Origin: a virus
Taxonomy: Duplodnaviria > Caudoviricetes
Virus record (IMG/VR): IMGVR_UViG_3300045303_000219
Span: 1-55,328 of that record
Strand: one strand, 5' to 3'
Length of the DNA stretch: 55,328 nucleotides
Position 1 is the first letter of the stretch. The number at the start of each line of letters is the position of its first letter. The position numbers were made by a program, and so were the translations under genes. Positions 23,565 to 32,931 of the stretch are shown here, one piece after another. The notes beneath the pieces were generated by a model that searched no databases, was not told where the DNA came from, and saw only the letters and a list, made by a program, of their open reading frames with translations.

Positions 23565-25272
23565 TAATACCGCCATCCTTCCGCACCCATCCGCCTTCGC
23601 CGCCCGGCACGATCCGGCCTGCCTGTTTGCCTTGATCCCATAACTCAAAAAATGTGCTGCGGCTCATGTTCCGCTCCTCGCGCAATCGCTTGCAGAGCGT
23701 GCCGGTCTTTAGCGGGTGCATGACGCTCATTTCGGCCAGCACGTCCTCCAGTTTAAATGTCGCCGGGCGGCCCTTCCCGCCGCCCTCGCCGTCCGGCGCC
23801 GAGCACGGCAGCCAGCAGATGCCTTCCCGGGAATGCTCAAGGAAAAGGGTCTGCGTGAAATTGCCCTCGATGTCCTTCGCACCGGCCCGCTGGCCGCGCT
23901 TTGACAAGACCAGCTTGTAGACGCCCGAGTGCGCGATCGGCACCAGCACGTTCACCGCCCGGAAGGCGTTTTGAATCTCGCTGGTCCCGAAGCCGAGGTA
24001 TTGATAATCGATCTCGCTCATCGGCGTCACGCTTTCATCTTTGTCCCGAACCGGCTTACCGACGTGGTGCAGCACATGGCAGGCCACGTTCCGCTTCACT
24101 ATGATTGGGAAAAGGCCCTCGCGCAGAAAGCGCCCGGTCTTCTCGGGGTTGAGAAGGTCGCACCCGGCGAAGGCGAAAAGGGGATCGATCCAGAGCATGT
24201 CGCAGCGCGTTTGCTGAATGAGGCCGTCGGCCAGCGCCAGAAAGGCGGCGCCGGTTTTGCCGACGATTCGGTGAATGATCACGTTCTTCTCGATGAGCGC
24301 CTTGCACTCCTCAAGGTTGAAATCCTGTGTCGCGGCGATGCCCGCATACACGCCCTGAAATTGCTCGGCCATGTCGCCGAGATCGTTTTCGGCCTGCAAG
24401 ATGAGGCTGCGCATCGGGCGCCCCGGGTGCATGCCGAAACATTCCCGACCGCAGCCCCAATAGATTGCCAGCTGCATTTGCAGGGCGCTTTTGCCGTAAC
24501 CGCTGCCGCCCGCCCACAGAGACGTGCCGCCCCGGACGAGCCAGCGGCGCCCGATGAGGCTATTCGGGTCGCCCCGGGCATTGAATGCGTGTAGCACCTC
24601 GATCCGCTGCGGGTCGCTGCCGTTGAGGCCCGCGTTGTCGTATTTCACCCGGTCGAGCCAGCGCGAAAAATCGTCGAGGATGTCGCCGACTTCATCATCG
24701 ATCGCGCCGTAGGAAGCGCGAACCAGCTTCGTGCCCAGCGCGATGAGTTCGCGCAGCACGAACTTCTCCCGGAGAATTTGCGCATACCACGGGACGGAAG
24801 ATTGCGCGATGCCGGTCGTGAAGAGGGAGGTGATGTAGAAGGCGCCGCCCAGCGCGTCCAGCCGCTTGGCGTCGCGCAAATAAATCGTGAGCGGGATCAG
24901 CCACGGCTTTTCTACGGTGCCCGCATCGTAGCGGGCCAGCATGACGTCGAAAAGCTCGGCATTGATCGGGTTGTAGAAATGCGCCCGGGTGAGTTCCCGG
25001 CGGGCTTCGGGCACGCATTGGTCCGGGTATTGCATCATGGCGGCCAGCACGGCCTGCTCGGCCTCGTTGGCGTGCGGCGGCCCGGCATGAATGTCGACCG
25101 GGGCGCCGGTGCCGGTAGCGCGCTGGATCGCCTTCTGTTTGCGCCCGCGCGGCGCCGACAATTCCAGCGTTGGTGCCGGGGGCGGCGGGGCCGGGGTGCT
25201 GGGCCGGTCGGCTTCGAGTTTTGCTTTACTGGCGGCGATGCGGGCGCGGAAATCGTCGCTCGATAAAGGCAC
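23551..25272 (-). CDS. Replicative helicase: DnaB N-terminal domain + RepA/AAA_25 ATPase + wHTH
   Basis: PPHANEAEQAVLAAMM (DnaB-N), GGSGYGKS (Walker A), ILQAEND, LWIDPL (Walker B) and LHHVGK. Confidence 0.88.
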   Translation of the reverse strand: MPLSSDDFRARIAASKAKLEADRPSTPAPPPPAPTLELSAPRGRKQKAIQRATGTGAPVDIHAGPPHANEAEQAVLAAMMQYPDQCVPEARRELTRAHFYNPINAELFDVMLARYDAGTVEKPWLIPLTIYLRDAKRLDALGGAFYITSLFTTGIAQSSVPWYAQILREKFVLRELIALGTKLVRASYGAIDDEVGDILDDFSRWLDRVKYDNAGLNGSDPQRIEVLHAFNARGDPNSLIGRRWLVRGGTSLWAGGSGYGKSALQMQLAIYWGCGRECFGMHPGRPMRSLILQAENDLGDMAEQFQGVYAGIAATQDFNLEECKALIEKNVIIHRIVGKTGAAFLALADGLIQQTRCDMLWIDPLFAFAGCDLLNPEKTGRFLREGLFPIIVKRNVACHVLHHVGKPVRDKDESVTPMSEIDYQYLGFGTSEIQNAFRAVNVLVPIAHSGVYKLVLSKRGQRAGAKDIEGNFTQTLFLEHSREGICWLPCSAPDGEGGGKGRPATFKLEDVLAEMSVMHPLKTGTLCKRLREERNMSRSTFFELWDQGKQAGRIVPGGEGGWVRKDGGINAEQ

Positions 25273-25464
25273 GCGAAAAGCTCCCGGCGGGCCTTAGTAG
25301 CCAACCCTCAAGTCTGCGGCTCGGCGGTTCAGCACCGGGCACATTTGAGAAAATGCGCCCGCGCCTCGCCGCAGACTGGAAGATTTCGGTGCGCTGAACA
25401 TTGAACGGCCTCACGATGTGCCCGCGCGCCCCGGTGCGGCAAGAGTTTTCTCAAAGATTCTTAT

Positions 25465-25758
25465 TCACTCGTTATCCTCAAGGCCCAAAACGAGCTGCTC
25501 GCCGCCCTTTTTGCGCCGGATGCGGGCGGGCTTTTCCCGGCGCCCGCGCGGTGTAGGGAGCAGGTTGTTCGCAATGTAATCCTCCTCCAGAAAGAGGGCC
25601 TCGGGCTCGGCGATTTTTTCCTCGATGCCGCCGGGCTGGAGCCAGCGCCATTCGTTCGCCCATTTGCAATAGCCGACGAACATCACCGAACACCCGAAGC
25701 GCCCGGTGACCGTGTGCGCGGGCGGTTTGACGAGCCGGGTTTCGACCCACACCTTCAC
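25465..25758 (-). CDS. Hypothetical protein (97 aa)
   Basis: ORF track; GTGA-coupled. Confidence 0.65.
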   Translation of the reverse strand: MKVWVETRLVKPPAHTVTGRFGCSVMFVGYCKWANEWRWLQPGGIEEKIAEPEALFLEEDYIANNLLPTPRGRREKPARIRRKKGGEQLVLGLEDNE

Positions 25759-25895
25759 CGCCGGAAAATGGCGAGAATGATTAGAATGATGCAGACCGCC
25801 GTGGCGGCAATCAAAATGTCCGCACGCAGCGTCGTTTCGAGGTGCGCGATCGCCTTTACTACGGCGTCGGTTTGCGCTTGTAGTTCGGGATTCAT
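25755..25895 (-). CDS. Small membrane protein (46 aa)
   Basis: MNPELQAQTDAVVKAIAHLETTLRADILIAATAVCIILIILAIFRR; coupled at both ends. Confidence 0.6.
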   Translation of the reverse strand: MNPELQAQTDAVVKAIAHLETTLRADILIAATAVCIILIILAIFRR

Positions 25896-26209
25896 TTCAC
25901 GCACCGGGCCGCTTCCAGTTTCCAACAATTGCACATCCGGCGGCTGCCGTCCGGGAGAAGGTTGCCGTTCGCCAGAAACCGCGGGCAGTCCTTATCGTGC
26001 GGGCGCGCCTCGATCAGCTCGGCCAGCTTTTTGTTCGCATACATCAGGTCCCGGTTTGCGATCACGACCCGCTGCTTGATTCGGAACAGCTCGTCGTTCG
26101 CCCGCTGCAGGCGTTCGATTTCGAGTTGCGGGCAATCGGCGGCGTGCCCGTTCTGCTCGCCGCACCGGGTGCACCCCCGGCCCGAATGTTCCGGCGCGAC
26201 GTGGCTCAT
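25892..26209 (-). CDS. Hypothetical Cys/His and coiled-coil protein
   Basis: CTRCG...HAADCP, a coiled coil, then HDKDCP...CNC. Confidence 0.65.
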   Translation of the reverse strand: MSHVAPEHSGRGCTRCGEQNGHAADCPQLEIERLQRANDELFRIKQRVVIANRDLMYANKKLAELIEARPHDKDCPRFLANGNLLPDGSRRMCNCWKLEAARCVK

Positions 26210-26430
26210 TTGATGTGCCGCATCCATTCCTCTTCGCCGCCCGCCTGAATCAGCCATTCCTTCAGCGCCGCGACTGCATCTTCGCGCCGCGCGTTGCTGG
26301 TGTAGAACAAGCGCCCGCCTTCGCCGAACGGAAACGCCAAGCAGATGAAGCCGTAGTTATCGGGCAGGCGCGCCTCGATCAAGCGCGCGGTTTCGCGCAG
26401 GTATTCGCGGTCGGGGATTTCGGCGCTCAT
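26206..26430 (-). CDS. Hypothetical protein (74 aa)
   Basis: LPDNYGFICLAFPFGEGGRLFYTSNARREDAVAALKEW, a recurrent phage protein pattern. Confidence 0.75.
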   Translation of the reverse strand: MSAEIPDREYLRETARLIEARLPDNYGFICLAFPFGEGGRLFYTSNARREDAVAALKEWLIQAGGEEEWMRHIK

Positions 26431-26678
26431 GTGCGCGACCGCCATTTGCCCGCCTGCGGGCACGTTGCGAAATGTGATTTGTAGAGCACCGGCGGCACCG
26501 GCTCGCCGGTCGGAATGTTCACCCGCACAATTGCCAGCGGGGTCAGGAATCCCTCGCGCTCCTCCAGCTCAATATTGCCGTCGGGCACCGGCACCGGGTC
26601 GATCGGCATGCGGCGGCCCTTCACCGTCACGGCCCAGCGGATTCGCTGGTTGCAGGAGCGGCATCGTTCGTGGCTCAT
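26427..26678 (-). CDS. Hypothetical Zn-binding protein
   Basis: CRSCNQRIRWAVT..GRRMPID...SHFATCP. Confidence 0.8.
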   Translation of the reverse strand: MSHERCRSCNQRIRWAVTVKGRRMPIDPVPVPDGNIELEEREGFLTPLAIVRVNIPTGEPVPPVLYKSHFATCPQAGKWRSRT

Positions 26679-27814
26679 TTTTTCGGCAGGATTTTAGGCT
26701 TGCGTGGCTCGCGCGCCAGCACGGAATCGAGAACCTTGTTCACTTTGTCCCGGGCCTGCTGCCATGTGCCCCCATGTTGTTTACGGTAAATCTCCTCCAG
26801 CGGTTTCACCGGCACCTCGCAAACGTTGAGGATTTCGTCGCGCGTAGCGACCCGGGCCAGAATAAGCATGGCCATCGCCTTGCGGACATTCGTGATCGAG
26901 CGCACCTCGCTCGGCTTGCCGAGAACGAAGTTTTGGAACCGGCCCGCCTCGATGCGGGTGCGGGCCTCATCCCGGGCCGGGTTTTCGACAAAGCCCGCCA
27001 GCTTGCAGGCCGCGATCACGGTCTCCAGCTGCTCGTCCGTGCACGCTTTCACCCGGGCCTCGATGAAGGCCTCCCGGGCCGTCTTTGAAAGGTCCAGCTC
27101 GCTTTTGAAGGCCGCCACGGGTAGCGCCAGCGCCGCCCGGAAGGCCGGGCACGTAAGCTTGGCCCGGCAGTAGCGGCACTGCTCCTCGCCCGCGTGTAGG
27201 GGCGCGTCGGGGGCCTCGGAGGCCGCGATGATGCCGTAGACCTGCTCCCGGGCCAGATTTATGTCGCCCGGCACGTAGTGCGCCATCGTGATGCGGTCGC
27301 TGGGCGCCCACAAACGGGGCTGCAAAACGGAAACGTAAACGTGCTCCACGGGCCATGACACAATCTGGTCGGCGACCAGCACCGCGTAGCCGCGCAGTTG
27401 CAGGTTCAGTTCGGCCCGCTCGACCACGCCGAAGCCGCTTTTCAGGTCATTTACGAGGGCCGTCCGGCGCTGCTTCCACACGTAAACTTGGTCCGGCGTG
27501 CCGGTGAATTTGCCGTCCCGGGTTTCGATCGTGTGTTCGGTGAACACGTCGTCTTCGTTTTCGAAGGCGAGCTGGTTCAGCACATCCCGCAGCAGGCGGT
27601 CGGACAGGTCGAGCAGGTCGCGCTCGGCATCAGTGAGGAAGGCGCGGTCGTAATTCGGGTTGGTCCAGTAGCGGTGAAACAAGCGCCCGACCCGGGCATC
27701 CTCGGAATCCTCGTCGGGCATGTTCGCCTCCATGCGGGCACTCCCGGGGCATAGCATGCGCCGCAGGAGGTTCGATGGCGTTGTAACCGGGCGGCCTACA
27801 GTAATCGGGACCAT
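26675..27814 (-). CDS. PD-(D/E)XK exonuclease, DUF2800/Cas4-like
   Basis: LCPGS, GTPD, NDLKSG, NLQLRGYA, QPR and CRYCRAKLTC (Fe-S-type Cys cluster). Confidence 0.85.
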   Translation of the reverse strand: MVPITVGRPVTTPSNLLRRMLCPGSARMEANMPDEDSEDARVGRLFHRYWTNPNYDRAFLTDAERDLLDLSDRLLRDVLNQLAFENEDDVFTEHTIETRDGKFTGTPDQVYVWKQRRTALVNDLKSGFGVVERAELNLQLRGYAVLVADQIVSWPVEHVYVSVLQPRLWAPSDRITMAHYVPGDINLAREQVYGIIAASEAPDAPLHAGEEQCRYCRAKLTCPAFRAALALPVAAFKSELDLSKTAREAFIEARVKACTDEQLETVIAACKLAGFVENPARDEARTRIEAGRFQNFVLGKPSEVRSITNVRKAMAMLILARVATRDEILNVCEVPVKPLEEIYRKQHGGTWQQARDKVNKVLDSVLAREPRKPKILPKK

Positions 27815-28281
27815 GTTTTGTTTTCGGCGCGTTGGTGCATTTGGAAATCGAACCACTCCTTCCACTCGGCCCGGCATCCTTTAAAGCGCACGATGTCCCG
27901 GTCCCATATTTGCGGCCCCTTCACCTCGATCACGACGATCCCGCCATCGGTGCGGCGCACGGTGAAATCGGCTTTGTAGTTCATGCCCCCGCCCCACCGG
28001 AGGCGCAGGCCCTGAAACACGAAATCGAGAATCTGGCCGTGCACCTTTTGCGCCAGCAGTAGCACCGAGAACTCGCGCTCGGTCTGGTTCATTTTCGGCG
28101 GCTCGACGCCGCGCAGCTTTTTCGGCTTTCGATCGTTCAGGTCGACGGCGCCGTGCACCCGGTCGAGCTGCCTTTCCCGGGCCGAGATGATTGCCGGGAA
28201 GCCATGCTTTCGCTGGTGCGCATCGGCCTCCTCCAGCGTCTTGATCTGCGGGATCGCGATCGCCTTGGGATTTTTTCGCAC
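27796..28281 (-). CDS. PD-(D/E)XK endonuclease (DUF1064-like)
   Basis: MNQTEREF...YKADFTV...VIEVKG. Confidence 0.8.
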   Translation of the reverse strand: MRKNPKAIAIPQIKTLEEADAHQRKHGFPAIISARERQLDRVHGAVDLNDRKPKKLRGVEPPKMNQTEREFSVLLLAQKVHGQILDFVFQGLRLRWGGGMNYKADFTVRRTDGGIVVIEVKGPQIWDRDIVRFKGCRAEWKEWFDFQMHQRAENKTWSRLL

Positions 28282-28328
28282 TTTTCCACTTGACCCTTTG
28301 TGCGGAGAGTGTCAAGCTCCCCATTGTG
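28279..28328. promoter_or_regulatory. Fully overlapping divergent promoters
   Basis: Plus strand: TTGACC(28290)-N17-CAAGCT-7nt-GTG(28326). Minus strand: TTGACA(28315)-N17-CAAGTG-5nt-GTG(28281). Confidence 0.7.
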
Positions 28329-28553
28329 AAAAATGCACGAAAACCCAAAACCACTCCGGTGGCGCACCCGCGCCCGTTGATGACCCGCACGGTAAAGATC
28401 GCCGATGTGCTGCATCACCGCATCCGGGTCTTGAGCGTCCAAAGGAGGATGCCCATGCAGGAATTAATCGAGGGCCTGCTCACCGCCGGGCTGAAGGATA
28501 AGGTCTACGACAAGTTTGCCGATGCCGACGCCGGGCGCACTGTGCCCGCATGA
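28326..28553 (+). CDS. Ribbon-helix-helix-like DNA-binding protein
   Basis: TRTVKIADVLHHRIRVLSVQRRMPMQELIEGLL, a beta-alpha-alpha pattern. Confidence 0.7.
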   Translation: MKNARKPKTTPVAHPRPLMTRTVKIADVLHHRIRVLSVQRRMPMQELIEGLLTAGLKDKVYDKFADADAGRTVPA

Positions 28554-28879
28554 GCTTCTCTATGTCTGAAACACCGACGAATGGCCGGGGCGAACTCCCG
28601 GGCCTCACCGGGCCGGGCGTTGCGCAGGTGCGTGTGCCCGAGGTTGACGTGCTCGTCGACCGCTACGTGACGGCCCGCGATACGCGAATGGAACACACGA
28701 AAAGGGAAGTCGAAGCGAAGGGGAATCTGGTCGCCGCGCTTCATGCGAACGCCGACGCCATAGGCCGGACCCCCGGCGGCGATATCGTTTACCATTACGA
28801 CGATCTCGTGGTCACGCTGGCGACCGGCAAAGAGAAATTAAAAGTCCGCACCGCGGGCAACGAGGAGGAGGAGGAATGA
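28550..28879 (+). CDS. Hypothetical protein with acidic tail
   Basis: ORF track; ATGA-coupled at both ends. Confidence 0.75.
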   Translation: MSFSMSETPTNGRGELPGLTGPGVAQVRVPEVDVLVDRYVTARDTRMEHTKREVEAKGNLVAALHANADAIGRTPGGDIVYHYDDLVVTLATGKEKLKVRTAGNEEEEE

Positions 28880-29904
28880 GCGAGGAAAAAGGAAAGCAAA
28901 TAATCGAGTTTGTGCCCTTCGGCACGAAAGACAAAATCCAGCTCTCGATCGAGCTGGTAAAGCGGATGATCGCGGTCAAAACGAAGACCGGCAAAACGTG
29001 CACCGATGAGGATGCCTTTCGCTTTATGCTCATGTGTCAGGCCCGGAAGCTTAATCCCTTTGAGGGCGACGCATTTTTGATCGGCTACGATGGCCAGCAC
29101 GGCGCGTCCTTCTCGCTAATCACCGCCCACCAAGCTTTTCTCAAGCGGGCCGAGCTGCACCCGGAATTTGATGGCATGGATAGCGGCACGATCGTTTTGC
29201 GCGAGGGAAACATCCACGATCTCATAGGCGACTGGCACATGCCGAACGACCGGGTGCTTGGCGGTTGGGCCACGGTGTTTTTCAAGAACCGGGCGCACCC
29301 GATGAAAAAGCGGGTCCGGCTGGAGCGCTTTAACAAAGGCTACGGCATCTGGAAAGACGATCCCGCCGGGATGATCGTAAAGTGCGCCGAGGCCGACGCC
29401 CTACGCAGCTCCTTCCCGACCATGCTGGGCGGCATGTTTATCACCGAGGAGATTGAGGCCGCCGGGGCCGCCGACATCGCGCGCCCGGTGTTTCCGGGTA
29501 ACACCGGCCCAGCCGCCGCGAATGGCGGCACCGTCGTCGACGTGGAGCCCACGCCGGTGCCTCCCGCGCCCGAGCGCAAGGTCGAGGAGCCGAAAAAAAA
29601 AGCGCCGACGCTGACCCGGAAAAGCCCGGCGGCCCCGGCGGCCCGTTCGATTGAGAAGAAGGCCGAAACCCCGCACCAGAAGTTTGCCGCCCTGCTGGCG
29701 GTTGGGAATTGCACGCCGGACGATTTCATCGCAATGGCCCTCGACGAGGGCTGGATCGATTTGGAGCAAACCTTCGACAAAATCCCCACCGACCGGGTCG
29801 CCGAGTTCATGCGGGACGAGAACTGGGCCGTGATAATGGAATTGCTCGATCAGCGTGCCGCGAAGCGGGCTTCGGAGGCCGCCGCGAAAGGTGACCTGCT
29901 GTAG
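28876..29904 (+). CDS. bet: Single-strand annealing recombinase Bet (RecT family)
   Basis: FMLMCQARKLNPFEGDAFLIGY, LGGWATVF, WKDDPAGMIVKCAEADALRSSFP and EE motif. Confidence 0.9.
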   Translation: MSEEKGKQIIEFVPFGTKDKIQLSIELVKRMIAVKTKTGKTCTDEDAFRFMLMCQARKLNPFEGDAFLIGYDGQHGASFSLITAHQAFLKRAELHPEFDGMDSGTIVLREGNIHDLIGDWHMPNDRVLGGWATVFFKNRAHPMKKRVRLERFNKGYGIWKDDPAGMIVKCAEADALRSSFPTMLGGMFITEEIEAAGAADIARPVFPGNTGPAAANGGTVVDVEPTPVPPAPERKVEEPKKKAPTLTRKSPAAPAARSIEKKAETPHQKFAALLAVGNCTPDDFIAMALDEGWIDLEQTFDKIPTDRVAEFMRDENWAVIMELLDQRAAKRASEAAAKGDLL

Positions 29905-29905
29905 C

Positions 29906-30238
29906 ATGCCCATCGACCCCTTCTTCACCGCGGCACCCCAGCGCCGGGTTTACACCGAGGCCGACAAGGCCGAGCGCGACCGCCTCCGGGCGCTTCCGTT
30001 TGAAGAGCGCCGGGCTGAATATCAGCGCCTCAAAGGCATCATGCGCACGCACGTCCAGATCGACCGGGGCGCCTTTTTATTCGTGCGCGATATGGACCAG
30101 CGGCTCAATTGGCGTAAGCGCCGGGACTGGCACGAAAATTATCGGAAGTATTGCACCGCCGGGAACGTGGTCCCCGGCGGCGCCTATTCATGCCCGGAAG
30201 CGCACCGAAGCATCTCACACCGTGCCCCGGGCGCTTAG
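29906..30238 (+). CDS. Hypothetical protein (110 aa)
   Basis: ATG 2 nt after the bet stop; converges on the tail fibre gene. Confidence 0.55.
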   Translation: MPIDPFFTAAPQRRVYTEADKAERDRLRALPFEERRAEYQRLKGIMRTHVQIDRGAFLFVRDMDQRLNWRKRRDWHENYRKYCTAGNVVPGGAYSCPEAHRSISHRAPGA

Positions 30239-31995
30239 GGGACGACCGAAATATAGGAGCCATAATTCCCGCCGCTAAGGCCCGCGGCGGGGTTGCAGGT
30301 TGGCGCGCCGCCGGTGCCCTGCTTGTAGGTGATGAAGCTCGTTCCAAACGCCTTCAGGTCCACGCCGTTGTTGCCGCGGAAATTCGAAAAGGGGCCGAAG
30401 ATAAAAATGCCGCCGTAATCGGCCTCAAGGCCGACGTCGCAATTCACGAAATAAACATTGCCTAACTCAATGGTTGCGCCCCAGTTTCGCGCCCCCTGAT
30501 AGCAGTGATTCAAATACACTTTGCCCGAGATCGCGGGGACGCCGGGGATCGCACCGTAGCCACTCCCGTCGCCGGTCGAGATGCCCGCGCCACATGCGTT
30601 CGCGCACAGGTTCACGTTTTGGTTGTGCCCGACCAGCGTGCCCCCGCCGCCGAAACCGAAATCGCTGTCGGTGCACACGACATCGGAGGGCCAACCGACC
30701 ACGCAGTAGCCTGCGATCGAAAGGGCGACGCCGCAGCCGGTGATGTAGACATCCTTAACCGTCGACCGGGTGCCGCCCAGCGAGAGGCCGTGAAAGCCGC
30801 CGATGACGCAAACGTTCTGGACGTTGAGGCCGTTGGGCGCCGCGACGTTGACGTGCGTAGCGGGCCACGGCTGCCCGGGATTCGGGTTGGCGACGTAAAT
30901 GATCGAGGGCATCCACGTCAACCGGCGCGCCGCGCCGAACTGCCCGGTGTCGCTCAGATTGTAGACAGCCTGCGTGTCGCGCTTGAGCGTGCTACAGGTG
31001 ACGAACGCAGCTGCCACATTCTGCGCCACGCACCCGCCCGCCCAGCCCGCGTCCACGTTCATCAGGTAGCACGGCACCCCGTTGGTTAGGCCCGTCGCGG
31101 CGGCATTCGCGCAGGCCACGTTCTTTTGCGTGGGTGAAACGTAATTGATGGCGGTGACCGGGATGTCGATCCGCGGTTGGCCGACGAGGAAAATTTGCTG
31201 GCTGTCGGGGTGCCCGAGCGTGACCCGCCCGTCGAAGAGGCCTTTCCACAAATGAATCGTGGCGAGCTTGTCCGGCGGGATGTGAAACTGCAAAAGGTAA
31301 TCGTGCGCCGCCTGAATCGTCGGGAAGAGCACGTTCGGGTCGGTGATGCCCGGGTAGGTTTCCGGCACGTAAAGGTCGAGGTTATTGTGCAGGACCGATG
31401 TGCCGATGTAGATCGTGTCGCCGCCCGGTTCATCGTGAATCTCCATCGCGGTGCCCTGCACGATCCGCTTAAAGCGCAGCACGTTGCCGGTGGTCTCTTT
31501 GTAGGGGCCGGGGCCGGTCGTGTCCGAGCCAATGTTTTCGCCCATCACCGCTTCGCTCGGCCCGATCGAGACCGTGATGTTCCCGGTAGGAATCCGGTCG
31601 ACGATCATTTTGATTTTGAAGACCTGCACCGTAGGCGCCGCCGGGTCGATATGATCGGGGGTCTCGGCCAAAACGTTGGAGACCGAGTAAAGCCGGTCGG
31701 CCTCCGCGGCGATGTGCGCCATGACGCCAACCTCCCGCAAATCGAAAGCATGCGGCGCTTGGTCGCTGCGGAAATTTCCCTCGACCAGCATGATGCCGTT
31801 CCCGAGATCGCGCTTCGACGAAATCACGACGTCCATGACGTAGGCTTTCAGCGCGGTGAGCGGCCATAGTTCGCTCGGCGCCGATGCCACGCCGCTACCG
31901 ACCACGATTTTCGTGACGCGAAGTAACTCCGCATTTTGCGCCCGGCCCAGCATGCTGCGGCCCGCGTCTGTGAATTCTTGTTTGGCTAGTGACAT
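30235..31995 (-). CDS. Tail fibre protein (DUF3751-like N-terminus, beta-helix-like C-terminus)
   Basis: FTDAGRSMLGRAQ...TKIVVGSG...LREVGVMA; FPTIQAAHDYL; Gly/Asn-rich distal part; follows tail protein I. Confidence 0.85.
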   Translation of the reverse strand: MSLAKQEFTDAGRSMLGRAQNAELLRVTKIVVGSGVASAPSELWPLTALKAYVMDVVISSKRDLGNGIMLVEGNFRSDQAPHAFDLREVGVMAHIAAEADRLYSVSNVLAETPDHIDPAAPTVQVFKIKMIVDRIPTGNITVSIGPSEAVMGENIGSDTTGPGPYKETTGNVLRFKRIVQGTAMEIHDEPGGDTIYIGTSVLHNNLDLYVPETYPGITDPNVLFPTIQAAHDYLLQFHIPPDKLATIHLWKGLFDGRVTLGHPDSQQIFLVGQPRIDIPVTAINYVSPTQKNVACANAAATGLTNGVPCYLMNVDAGWAGGCVAQNVAAAFVTCSTLKRDTQAVYNLSDTGQFGAARRLTWMPSIIYVANPNPGQPWPATHVNVAAPNGLNVQNVCVIGGFHGLSLGGTRSTVKDVYITGCGVALSIAGYCVVGWPSDVVCTDSDFGFGGGGTLVGHNQNVNLCANACGAGISTGDGSGYGAIPGVPAISGKVYLNHCYQGARNWGATIELGNVYFVNCDVGLEADYGGIFIFGPFSNFRGNNGVDLKAFGTSFITYKQGTGGAPTCNPAAGLSGGNYGSYISVVP

Positions 31996-32022
31996 GGGTT
32001 TCTCCTTTTACTTTTTAACATT

Positions 32023-32931
32023 TTAAGGGCCGCTGACCACCGTGATCGCTGCTGGGTTGGCCAGCCCGCCGTTATTCGTGACGCCGATCTGCACCGTGCC
32101 CGCGGCGCGGGCAGTGTAGGTGAAGGTCCCGGTTCGGGTTTCCGTTGTGAGCGTGAGGTTTCGGGGCGTGAACGTGCCCCGCGCGGTGCCATCGTTCGGC
32201 GTAAGAATAACCGGGTCTGGCAGCGTGTCGCCTACGCGCAGCGCCACGGTGAACGGCGCCGATGCTACGTTCGGGACGCAGGTTGATGGCCCGGATAGCA
32301 GGTAGCCGTGCGCGATAAGATCGGGCGCGTCGATTTCGCGGTAAATGAAGCGCAGCAGCATGGCGCACCAGCCGATCGTGCAATCGCTGGCGATGGCCCT
32401 GAAAACTCCTTCGCACCACCGGGAGACCGGCTTATAACGGTCGATCAATTCCAGCACCGCCTGCTCGGTGTCCGGGTCGACGATGATGTTCTCGTCGACG
32501 TAAACGCGGAAGCGATAACGGTCATGCCAACCCGGTGCGGTCGGGTAATTAGGCGGCAGCGGGTCCATGTAATCGAACCACTCGACGAGCGTAGCGCCCC
32601 CGGGCCAATACGTGTCGAGCACCTCCTGCACGAGTGCCACGGTGCCCTTGCGCATGTGCCAAGTGATCGACTTCTGGACGAGGTTTTTTCGGAACTCAAG
32701 GGGCCGGTTCGCGTCGTAGAAATCGACGTGGAATTGCCACGCCAGAATATCGATGAGCGCCGGGTCATTGATGCCCATAATATTCGGGATCATGATCACG
32801 ACGCCGGTCTCGTCGATGATCTGATACATCTGCCGGTCAAAGGCCGCGCAGGCCGATTTCACCTGCGCATCGTAGGAAATCGACGACGTGCACAGGTCGA
32901 TCAATTTGGACGTGCGCAGCGTGGTGCTCAT
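32023..32931 (-). CDS. Tail protein I (P2 GpI family)
   Basis: LIDILAWQFHVDFYD...KSITWHMRKGT...YRFRV...YKPVSRW. Confidence 0.88.
   Translation of the reverse strand: MSTTLRTSKLIDLCTSSISYDAQVKSACAAFDRQMYQIIDETGVVIMIPNIMGINDPALIDILAWQFHVDFYDANRPLEFRKNLVQKSITWHMRKGTVALVQEVLDTYWPGGATLVEWFDYMDPLPPNYPTAPGWHDRYRFRVYVDENIIVDPDTEQAVLELIDRYKPVSRWCEGVFRAIASDCTIGWCAMLLRFIYREIDAPDLIAHGYLLSGPSTCVPNVASAPFTVALRVGDTLPDPVILTPNDGTARGTFTPRNLTLTTETRTGTFTYTARAAGTVQIGVTNNGGLANPAAITVVSGP

Noticed and set aside
26675-27814. Cas4 as evidence of a CRISPR system
   Set aside because: Solo Cas4-like/DUF2800 nucleases are common phage recombination proteins; no array or other cas genes are present.
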